64,000 bases of DNA from Candidatus Elarobacter sp. GTDB taxonomy: Bacteria; Vulcanimicrobiota; Vulcanimicrobiia; Vulcanimicrobiales; Vulcanimicrobiaceae. Numbering within the stretch: position 1 is the stretch's first letter; every line of letters begins with the position of its first letter. Shown piece after piece: positions 56,931 to 64,000 of the stretch. Below the pieces are notes generated by a model, which was given only the letters and a program-made list of their open reading frames with translations, ran no database searches and was not told the origin of the DNA. The stretch lies in contig DASWRW010000042.1 of the NCBI GenBank assembly GCA_036402975.1, positions 125,735-189,734 of the forward strand, in the 5' to 3' direction. The translations under genes and the position numbers were made by a program.

Positions 56931-57518
56931 TTACGTCTTGGGCGGCACGTCATAGGCGACGACCTGATCGTCGTCGGTAAGCCCGGCGTTATCCACGTAG
57001 TGGCGCTTCACGGCCCATCCCAGCGAGGGAGCATACCACGTCGTCTGCGAGCCTCGCCAGAGCTGCAAATCGCCCTTCGATGTCCATTGCAGGACGTACG
57101 TGTCGATCGGCCGACCGTTGATGCTGAGCGTGTCGGTTCGCACAACCGACAGTTGGTCGGTCCAGGATAGACGGGTGCCTTGCGGCTGATGACGATGAAA
57201 ACGCACGGTCTTCCCGAGCGTGAGCGGCCAGATGCCGTCCAACTGCACGCGATCGTCACCCAGGACGTACGCGGGCACAATGAGGCCGAACAGGAAGAAC
57301 ACGTTCGGCCTGCCGCTGTGCGTCGATTGCGCGAAGTGTCCGTCCGGCGTACCGACGATCGTTCTTCTTCCGCTCTTCCAATGAAAGACGGTTCCCGGGG
57401 GAGCCAGCTTGAACTCCGCCGGCGGCAACGACGGCGCATCGGCTACGGCCGCCGCACCGCACGCTGCTGCGAGCAAGGCGGCGACGGCCAACGCCTGCAC
57501 CGCACGAGGCATAAACAT
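56931..57518 (-). CDS. Secreted hypothetical protein
   Basis: Signal peptide, GGGAG SD; WPL..GK and WYAPSLG..VK beta-sheet motifs. Confidence 0.7.
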   Translation of the reverse strand: MFMPRAVQALAVAALLAAACGAAAVADAPSLPPAEFKLAPPGTVFHWKSGRRTIVGTPDGHFAQSTHSGRPNVFFLFGLIVPAYVLGDDRVQLDGIWPLTLGKTVRFHRHQPQGTRLSWTDQLSVVRTDTLSINGRPIDTYVLQWTSKGDLQLWRGSQTTWYAPSLGWAVKRHYVDNAGLTDDDQVVAYDVPPKT

Positions 57519-57619
57519 GATTCTCCCGTCCCGGTGCACGCCGCGCCCGCTCGAGGCCCGAGCGCGAGTCCGTACAGGGCGGAGGCGGCGAGTCCTGCGG
57601 GGCTCTTCCGTTTGTGCCG

Positions 57620-57820
57620 CTAGCGGTAGCGCACGCGCGTCGTTTCGCCGAGCAGCTCTCGTTCTAGGGCATCGGTGAACTTCTCGTTCACGAGGCTCCG
57701 CTGCGGCGGCGCATCGGCGAGCGCTTCGATCGCGTGCTTCGAGGCGACCAAGAAGCTGCCGAACGGCAAGACGAAGCGCCCGACCAGGGCGCTGACCGAC
57801 TCGGATGCTGTGACTTGCAT
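57620..57820 (-). pseudogene. Internally deleted SDR oxidoreductase remnant
   Basis: S.LVGRFVLPFGSFLVASKHAIEALAD matches the SDR active-site segment with the catalytic Tyr lost; no Rossmann motif; divergent from an HxlR gene. Confidence 0.6.
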
Positions 57821-57838
57821 AACGCAAGCCTAGCGCCT

Positions 57839-57877
57839 ATACTAACCTTTGGGAAGTACGCACCTGGAGGTTAGTAT
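57839..57877. promoter_or_regulatory. Inverted-repeat operator between the SDR remnant and HxlR
   Basis: ATACTAACCT (57839-57848) and AGGTTAGTAT (57868-57877), a perfect 10-bp IR overlapping the SD and ATG. Confidence 0.65.
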
Positions 57878-58307
57878 GGAAGCGCCGGAAGCAGGCCGGC
57901 CAACAGGCCTCGACCAGCCGCGAGCCGGCGACCAGCCGCGTCTCGGGAACTGCGACAGTACGCTGTGCGTCGGGCGCGCCGTGCTCGACCATCTCGCGAG
58001 CCGCTGGGCCTCGCTCGTGCTGCGCCAGCTCACGCGGGGCGAGCGGCGGTACTCCGAGCTTCGAGCCGCCATCGGCGGGATCTCCGAAAAGATGCTGGCG
58101 CAGACCCTGCGCGAGCTCGAGCGAGACGGGCTCATCTCGCGCACGAGCTATCCGGTGGTGCCTCCACACGTGGTGTACGGGCTCACGCCGCTGGGTCAGG
58201 AATGCGCGGGCCACGTCGGCGCGCTCGTGCACTGGATCGAAACGCACGTGCGCGACCTCGCCGGCGCACGTCGTGCGTACGACGCGCGAGGGCACGGCCC
58301 GAGGTGA
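57876..58307 (+). CDS. HxlR family regulator
   Basis: RW..LVL..L, RYSELR..I.GISEKML.QTL..LERDG, PP.V.Y.LT.LG. Confidence 0.92.
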   Translation: MEAPEAGRPTGLDQPRAGDQPRLGNCDSTLCVGRAVLDHLASRWASLVLRQLTRGERRYSELRAAIGGISEKMLAQTLRELERDGLISRTSYPVVPPHVVYGLTPLGQECAGHVGALVHWIETHVRDLAGARRAYDARGHGPR

Positions 58308-58377
58308 AGGACGCGCCTCGCGCGGACAGTATTCCGTCCACGCAGAGAGCCCGCTCAGAAAGGAGCCCGTCTTCACC

Positions 58378-58821
58378 ATGCGCATCTTTCGCGCTGCCGC
58401 CGCCGTCGTGTTCGCGGTCGGCGCCTCCGCCGCACCGCTGAGTCCGCCGGCGGCGAGCGCCGCCGTCGATCCGTGCAAGCTCGTCACCACGGCGGAAGCG
58501 TCGGCCGCGATGGGGACGCGCTCGTTGCCGGGCGCACCGCACAAGGGCCGCACCGGTTCGTCGTGCCGCTACTACTCCGCCGACCACAAGATGAACGTCT
58601 TCGTCCAAGCGATCGGGCCCGGCGACTTGCAAGGCGCGGGGCAGCTCGGCGGCAAGAACGTGTCGGGGATCGGCGATCAAGCGATTTGGGCGTCCGGCTC
58701 GTTGTTCATTCGCAAAGGCGGCAACTTCGCGCAAGTCGGACTCTACCGCAGCGCCGGCAGCATGGAGCACATGGACCCGCAGATCGTCCCGCTCGGAAAA
58801 GTCGCCGCTTCGCGCATGTAG
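58378..58821 (+). CDS. Secreted hypothetical protein (DUF3558-like)
   Basis: AAGGAG SD, signal peptide, DPCKLVT..E, SC.Y, V.GIGD.A.W. Confidence 0.7.
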   Translation: MRIFRAAAAVVFAVGASAAPLSPPAASAAVDPCKLVTTAEASAAMGTRSLPGAPHKGRTGSSCRYYSADHKMNVFVQAIGPGDLQGAGQLGGKNVSGIGDQAIWASGSLFIRKGGNFAQVGLYRSAGSMEHMDPQIVPLGKVAASRM

Positions 58822-58846
58822 CAGTCGCGCAGGCGACGACGGAATC

Positions 58847-58883
58847 AAGACGGCCGCGGCGCTCGATGCGCCGCGGCCGTCTT
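58847..58883. terminator. Hairpin terminator between convergent genes
   Basis: AAGACGGCCGCGGCGC-TCGAT-GCGCCGCGGCCGTCTT perfect 16-bp stem. Confidence 0.8.
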
Positions 58884-58917
58884 CATCTCGTTCGCGGTGA
58901 GATCGTGTCGGGTCAGA

Positions 58918-59466
58918 TCACCCGCAGTTGAGCCGGCCGTTGCGGTTGGTGATGTCGATGCCGCGACACGCGCGCGGATCGATCGACGTCGTCAGCCACT
59001 GACCGTTCCCGCTGGGGCACGACGCGGTCAGCATGCCGCCGTTCATGCGAACGTTGTTGCAGCTCTGCTGGTACGAGCCGCCCGGCGCGTAGCCGTTGTT
59101 CCCGTAGCCGTTGTTCCCGTAGCCGTTGTTGCCGTAGCCGTAATTGCCGTTGCCGTTTCCGTTGCCGTAGCCGCCGTTGCCGTACCCGTTGCCGCGATGA
59201 CGGCGGCCGTAGCCGCCGCCGTTGCACACGAGCTGGCCGTTCGAGTTCGCGATGTCACCGCCGCGGCAACTGTTGAGCGCGATCGTCGAACGAACGCGCT
59301 GACCCTGCGGGTTCGTGCAACGCGCGATGAGCTCGCCGCCGTTCACGCGGATGTTCGTGCACGACTGCTGGTACGAGCCCGAGGGAGCGTATTGCGCAGC
59401 GGCGGGAGCCAAGGAGGCGGCCGCGAGCGATAGGCCGACCAAGCTGCTGGCGAAGAGACGTTTCAT
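58918..59466 (-). CDS. Secreted protein with two CVNH (cyanovirin-N-like) half-domains and a G/N/Y-rich linker
   Basis: Two copies of GSYQQSC...L.A.C....G....T.I....C.G.DI.N.NG.L.C; signal peptide. Confidence 0.8.
   Translation of the reverse strand: MKRLFASSLVGLSLAAASLAPAAAQYAPSGSYQQSCTNIRVNGGELIARCTNPQGQRVRSTIALNSCRGGDIANSNGQLVCNGGGYGRRHRGNGYGNGGYGNGNGNGNYGYGNNGYGNNGYGNNGYAPGGSYQQSCNNVRMNGGMLTASCPSGNGQWLTTSIDPRACRGIDITNRNGRLNCG
59089..59133 (-). repeat. 15-bp tandem repeat x3 encoding GNNGY
   Basis: GTAGCCGTTGTTCCC twice plus GTAGCCGTTGTTGCC on the + strand. Confidence 0.85.
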
Positions 59467-59681
59467 GGATGAGAGCCTTTCGTTCGGTTGCGGACGATTG
59501 TGATCCGCAAGGAATTCCGAAGCTCCGTGTCCCCACAACCGCCCGCGCTTTCACCCGCGACCGCCGAGAAACACCCGGTTCTGCCAGCGCAATCTCAGAA
59601 ATCCGCAAGCATGCGAATGCGGAGTCTCAGAACCCTGGAATATCGTGACGCGGCGGGTGGCGCAGCGCAGTAAGGACGCCG

Positions 59682-59894
59682 TCAGCCGTTCGGGAAGCAG
59701 CTCGGGCAGCGTGAGCCCTGCAGATACGTTCCGGTGTTCTCGTACTTCAAGCCGCACGTACGGCACACGAGCGTCGGCAGCGCGCGCTGCGCGGCGCTGT
59801 CGTCGAGCGTCTTCAACGTCGACGAGATCGCGTCACGGTCGGGCGTTCGCGACGAGCCCGAGCCGCCGAAGATGCGGCGCAGAAAGCTCCACAT
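59682..59894 (-). CDS. Small Zn-ribbon protein (70 aa)
   Basis: CRTC...CPSC; amphipathic N-terminus MWSFLRRIFG; starts 6 nt after the esterase stop. Confidence 0.65.
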   Translation of the reverse strand: MWSFLRRIFGGSGSSRTPDRDAISSTLKTLDDSAAQRALPTLVCRTCGLKYENTGTYLQGSRCPSCFPNG

Positions 59895-59900
59895 GCGCGA

Positions 59901-60851
59901 TCAGACCGGCGCGGGCTTGGCGTGCAACGCGGCGCCGACCGCTTTGCCCGCCTCGACGACCGCTTCGCGGCCTTGCGGAAACAGATCCATGAACGAGAAG
60001 AACGCATGGATCATCCCGTCGTACACGCGCACGTCGGCCGGAACGCCGTCGGCGCGCAACCGCGCGCCGTACGCGATGCCCTGATCGCGCAGCGGATCGC
60101 ACTCCGCGAGGACGATCGTGGCGGGCGGCAACCCGCGCAGCGTCTCGGCGCGGTCGGGCAGGACGTACGGCGACTCGGCGAGCTCCGGGCGCGGCACGAA
60201 GCAGCGGTAGTAGAACGCGATGCGGTCGGAGGTGAGAAAGTGGCCGTCCTTGTACGCGCGGTACGACTCGCTGCTCTCGTCGTGCGTGACCGCGGGGTAG
60301 ACGAGCAGTTGGTGCGCGATCCGCGGACCGCCCGCGTCGCGCGCCTTCACCGCGACCGCGGCGGCGAGGTTTCCGCCCGCACTGTCGCCGCCGACGGCGA
60401 GCCGCGTCGTATCGGCGCCGAGCTCGGCGCCGTGCTCCGCGAGCCAAACCGTCGCGGCGTAGCAGTCCTCGAACGGCTCGGGCGCCGGATGCTCGGGCGC
60501 GCGGCGGTACTCGACCGATGCGACGACGCAGCCGCTCTCGCGCGTCAGCAGGCGGCACACCGCGTCGTAGCTGTCGCGACTGCCGTTCACCCACCCGCCA
60601 CCGTGCATGAACACCAGCAGCGGCCGCGGCTCGCTCGCGCCTTCGGGCGTGTAGACGCGAATCGGAATCGGCCCGCGCGGCCCAGGCGCTTCGATGTCGC
60701 GCACTGCGCCGACGTCGACCGGCGGCCCGCCGAGCCGGGTGAACGTCTCGTCGTAGCGCGCGCGCATCTCGGGCAGCGGAATCGTCTCCGGCGGCGGCAA
60801 GTTCAGCGTAGCGACGTAGTCGAGGAACTCGCGGGCTTTCGGGTCGAGCAT
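59901..60851 (-). CDS. HSL-family alpha/beta hydrolase (esterase/lipase)
   Basis: HGGGW, YRRAPEH, GDSAGG, CDPLRD, HAF. Confidence 0.93.
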   Translation of the reverse strand: MLDPKAREFLDYVATLNLPPPETIPLPEMRARYDETFTRLGGPPVDVGAVRDIEAPGPRGPIPIRVYTPEGASEPRPLLVFMHGGGWVNGSRDSYDAVCRLLTRESGCVVASVEYRRAPEHPAPEPFEDCYAATVWLAEHGAELGADTTRLAVGGDSAGGNLAAAVAVKARDAGGPRIAHQLLVYPAVTHDESSESYRAYKDGHFLTSDRIAFYYRCFVPRPELAESPYVLPDRAETLRGLPPATIVLAECDPLRDQGIAYGARLRADGVPADVRVYDGMIHAFFSFMDLFPQGREAVVEAGKAVGAALHAKPAPV

Positions 60852-60860
60852 CGCAGGTCG

Positions 60861-62435
60861 TTACCCGGGCGGCGTGCCGGTTCCCGCGACCGCGCGCTCG
60901 ATCGCCCGCATCGCGGCGAGCGCGACGTCGTCGCGCCACGGGCGGGCGATGACCTGCGCGCCGGCGGGCAACCCGGCGCTGCCGCGGCGCACCTTCGCCG
61001 CCGCCTTCTCGACGATGTCGCGCGAGCTGGTCGCCGTCTCGCCTTCTTCGTCCGCACGCACCGCCGTCACGGGAACGACGCCGGCCGGAAAACCGAGCAC
61101 GTTGGGCAGGATGCCGTACGTGCCGGGAAGACCGAGATCGCGCGCGGCGCCGTGCGTGAACGCGGGCAGCGCGCACGGCGGGCAGAGCACGATGTCGAAC
61201 GGCCCGCCCGCATCGCGGTCCATCGCTTCGATGAACGTCCGGCGGTAGTCGAGCTGCCTTTCGACGAGCTGCCAGTAATGGTCGGTGTCGCCGTAGCCGA
61301 ACGCGGCGATCATCTCCGCGGTGCGGCGCTGGCCGAGCGCGCCGAACAGCGCGCGGAAGGCCTTCACCGCGGCGCGCGGCTGCTTCGCCGTCATGATCAT
61401 CGGCGCGATGTTCGGATCGGTCTTCTCACCGCGCAACAACCGCAGCAGCCCGCGGCCGCGGTCGGCGCTCAGCAGCCCGAAGAACAGCTCCGTGACGGTG
61501 CGGAGATCGGGGGCCGTCCAGGGCGTCACCGTCGCGCCCGCGGCCGCGAGCGCCCGCGCCGCCTCGCGCACCGCGCGCCGCACAGCCGGGGCGGCGGGGA
61601 AGAGACCGTCGTCCTCGTACACTGCGACGCGCAGGCCGGCCAGGTCGACGGCGCGGTGGTCGCCGAGCGCGACCGGCGGCTCCAGATCGCCGGCCGGCGG
61701 ACCGGCGATGACGCCGAGCCCGAGCGCGACGTCGTCGACGGCGCGCGCGAGGACGCCGATCTGGCTGACGATCGCGCGCTGTCCGATCGGGAAGCTGCCG
61801 CGGCCGGAATCCGGCGTGCGGCCCTGCGTCGGTTTGAAGCCGACGATCCCGCAGAACGCCGCGGGGATCCGGGAGCTGCCGCCGATGTCGGTGCCGAGTC
61901 CCAGCGGTGAGCCGTGCGCGGCGATGATCGCGCCCTCGCCGCCGCTGCTGCCGCCGGGCGCGCGGTCCGCGTTCCACGGGTTGTTGGTGCGGCCGTAGAC
62001 CGGGTTGTACGCTTCGAGCGACATCAGCAGTTGAGAGGCGTTCGTCTTGCCGAGCACGATGGCACCCGCGGCGCGCAGCCGCGCGACGTACGGGTCGTCG
62101 GCGGCGGCACGCTGCGACGCCCGCTTCGCGAGACCGAACGTCGACGGCGTCCCGGCCAGGTCGAGGCATTCTTTCACCGTCACGGGGACGCCGTGCAGCG
62201 GCCCGAGCGGTGCGCCGGCGGCGCGGCGGCGGTCGGCGTCGCGCGCCTCCGCGCGGGCTTCGTCGTAGCGTTTGACCACGACCGCGTTGAGGCGCGGGTT
62301 GACGGCCTCGATGCGCGCGATGTGCGCCTCGACCGCGTCCGAGGCGGAGAGGTCGCCGGCGGCGATGCGGGCGGCGAGCTCGCTCGCGGTCCATGCGGTC
62401 GGATCGCGTTCGGTGCGGGATTCCACGTTCGTCAT
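60861..62435 (-). CDS. Amidase signature family protein
   Basis: GPLHGVPVTVKE, GKTN, PGGSSGGEG, GTDIGGS.RIPA.FCG. Confidence 0.94.
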   Translation of the reverse strand: MTNVESRTERDPTAWTASELAARIAAGDLSASDAVEAHIARIEAVNPRLNAVVVKRYDEARAEARDADRRRAAGAPLGPLHGVPVTVKECLDLAGTPSTFGLAKRASQRAAADDPYVARLRAAGAIVLGKTNASQLLMSLEAYNPVYGRTNNPWNADRAPGGSSGGEGAIIAAHGSPLGLGTDIGGSSRIPAAFCGIVGFKPTQGRTPDSGRGSFPIGQRAIVSQIGVLARAVDDVALGLGVIAGPPAGDLEPPVALGDHRAVDLAGLRVAVYEDDGLFPAAPAVRRAVREAARALAAAGATVTPWTAPDLRTVTELFFGLLSADRGRGLLRLLRGEKTDPNIAPMIMTAKQPRAAVKAFRALFGALGQRRTAEMIAAFGYGDTDHYWQLVERQLDYRRTFIEAMDRDAGGPFDIVLCPPCALPAFTHGAARDLGLPGTYGILPNVLGFPAGVVPVTAVRADEEGETATSSRDIVEKAAAKVRRGSAGLPAGAQVIARPWRDDVALAAMRAIERAVAGTGTPPG

Positions 62436-62506
62436 GGCGGCCTCCGGTTGCGGTTCGTTGCCGCTACGATACTCCGGGCGCGCGCGCCGCGCATGAGGAG
62501 TTCACC

Positions 62507-64000
62507 CTACGCCTGCGGTTGTGCGGCTCGGGCTTCGGCGCCATGGTCGCCGGCTTCCGGCTCGAGCAGGCCGCGCTCCATCGCGAACAGCGTCGCGCCG
62601 GCGCGCGTCGAGACGCCGGTTTTCGCGTAGACGCTCTGCACGTGGTTGTCCGCGGTCTTCGCCGCGATCCCGAGCCGCGCCGCGACGTCCTTGGTCGACG
62701 CGCCGCGCGCAATGAGCCGCAGCACCGTGAGCTCGCGGTCCGTGAGCCCGGCGACCAAGTCGCGCCGCTGCCGCGGCGCGCGGTGCCCGGCGCACTCCAG
62801 CACCGCGGCGACCGCGTCCGCATCGAGCCGGCCGGCACGCGCGTCACGGCGCAGTTCGGCTGCGGCGTCTTCCGGCGCACGCGCAGGGCGGTGCGGCCGC
62901 GGCTCGAGCATCGCGCGGTAGGCATCGGCCGCGGCGAGCAGCTTTGCGGCCGGAGAGAGCGCGCCCCCGTTGACTGCACGATGGTAGCCGGAACCGTCGC
63001 AGCGCTCGTGATGGTGCGTCGCGATCGCGCCGAGCCGCGCCAACTGTGCGGGGCGCGCGAGGATGCGCTCCGTGTAGTAACCGTGCAGCCGCACCCGCTC
63101 CCACTCGGCGTCGGAGAGCGCGCCGCTCTTGCCCCAGATCGACGCGGAGACGCCGACGCTCCCGATGTCGTGCAGCAGCCCGGCGCGGTGCAGCGCGACC
63201 GCGTCCTCGTCGCTCAGACCGGCGCATTTCGCGGCGGCGCTCGCCAGCGCCGCGACGCCGCGCGAGTGCCCGCCCGAGTACGGCGACTTGAGGTCGGCGA
63301 AATCCGCCATGGCCAGACAGGCGCGCTCGAACCGCTCGTCGTCGAGCAGGACACGCTCGCCCGGCTCCAGCGCGACCATCTCGTCCCACGACGGCTCGTG
63401 CGCGTAGCGCTCGAGCATCGCCGCTCCCGCCCGGCAGAACGCGTCGGCGATGCGCGGGTCGTACGCGGCGCCGCGCCGCTTGCGCACCATCGCGATCGCT
63501 TCCGCGGCACCGCTCACGTCGAACACCGCGACCGCGTCCTGCACCAGCGAGACGACGCGCACCGGCAGCGCGATCGCTTCGCCGCGCAGTCCGTTCGGCA
63601 GGCCGCGCCCGTCCCAGCGCTCGTAGAGCTGGCCCAGCGCCGTGACGATCTCCGGCCCCATCTCGAGCCGTTCCGCCAGCCGCTGCGCGACCTCGCAGTG
63701 CGCGGTGAACCCTGCCCGCGTGATCGCCGGCGCCGCGAGCAGCCGTTGCGCGACCAGCCCGGCCATGCGCAGGCGTCCGGCATCGGCCGCGGCGCGCGCG
63801 ATGTGCTTCGCGGCCAGCCGCATCACCTCGACCACGTTGCCCGCGTCGATGATCGCGAAGTCACGCCGCATTGCGAGCTCGTCGCCGAACAGCGCGGCGA
63901 ACGCATCGGTGTCGGCGTTGCAGCCGACGTAGCGCAGCAGCGCCTGATAGTAGACCTGCGCGCGCTGCGCCTCGTCGCATCCGAGCGTTTCCGCGAGCTT
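62507..64000 (-). CDS. HD-GYP-type HD domain protein with C-terminal LuxR HTH (5' end outside the window)
   Basis: YERWDG.G.P, LLHDIG, HHER.DGSGY, LTDRELTVL...KT..NHV..VY.K; frame stays open to the window edge. Confidence 0.9.
   Translation of the reverse strand, partial: KLAETLGCDEAQRAQVYYQALLRYVGCNADTDAFAALFGDELAMRRDFAIIDAGNVVEVMRLAAKHIARAAADAGRLRMAGLVAQRLLAAPAITRAGFTAHCEVAQRLAERLEMGPEIVTALGQLYERWDGRGLPNGLRGEAIALPVRVVSLVQDAVAVFDVSGAAEAIAMVRKRRGAAYDPRIADAFCRAGAAMLERYAHEPSWDEMVALEPGERVLLDDERFERACLAMADFADLKSPYSGGHSRGVAALASAAAKCAGLSDEDAVALHRAGLLHDIGSVGVSASIWGKSGALSDAEWERVRLHGYYTERILARPAQLARLGAIATHHHERCDGSGYHRAVNGGALSPAAKLLAAADAYRAMLEPRPHRPARAPEDAAAELRRDARAGRLDADAVAAVLECAGHRAPRQRRDLVAGLTDRELTVLRLIARGASTKDVAARLGIAAKTADNHVQSVYAKTGVSTRAGATLFAMERGLLEPEAGDHGAEARAAQPQA

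Noticed and set aside
59089-59220. CRISPR-like repeat array
   Set aside because: Short in-frame coding repeats without spacers; no cas genes in the window.

Overview
High-GC bacterial chromosomal window. The gene content and the secreted-protein families suggest Vulcanimicrobiota/Eremiobacterota; this is an inference, not verified. Housekeeping genes include tRNA-Ser(GGA), pckA, pyrR-pyrB-pyrC-carA, carB, pdxH, valS and a class II ribonucleotide reductase (nrdJ). Also present are a tungsten-type aldehyde oxidoreductase/MoeA cluster, a pilB-pilT-pilC operon ending in a SigB/SigF-type sigma factor, and a MoxR-DUF58-VWA module. The main candidate for an undescribed system is a low-GC two-gene island directly downstream of nrdJ (51874-55673). 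It encodes a Ppl/TrlF-like coiled-coil ABC ATPase without a PHP domain, translationally coupled to a receiver-like plus APH/kinase-fold protein, and may be an anti-phage or conflict system. Structured non-coding segments flank it. nrdJ carries two inteins at its catalytic cysteines, has a compositionally foreign central segment and has tandem NrdR boxes. Other signals: a GNAT-like/small-ORF pair, a decayed DUF4258/YgiT-type module upstream of pyrR, GGGTAN motifs exactly 9 nt before three start codons, probable ATT/ATC start codons, and paired DnaA-like boxes before pilB. All calls come from reading motifs by eye; no searches were run.
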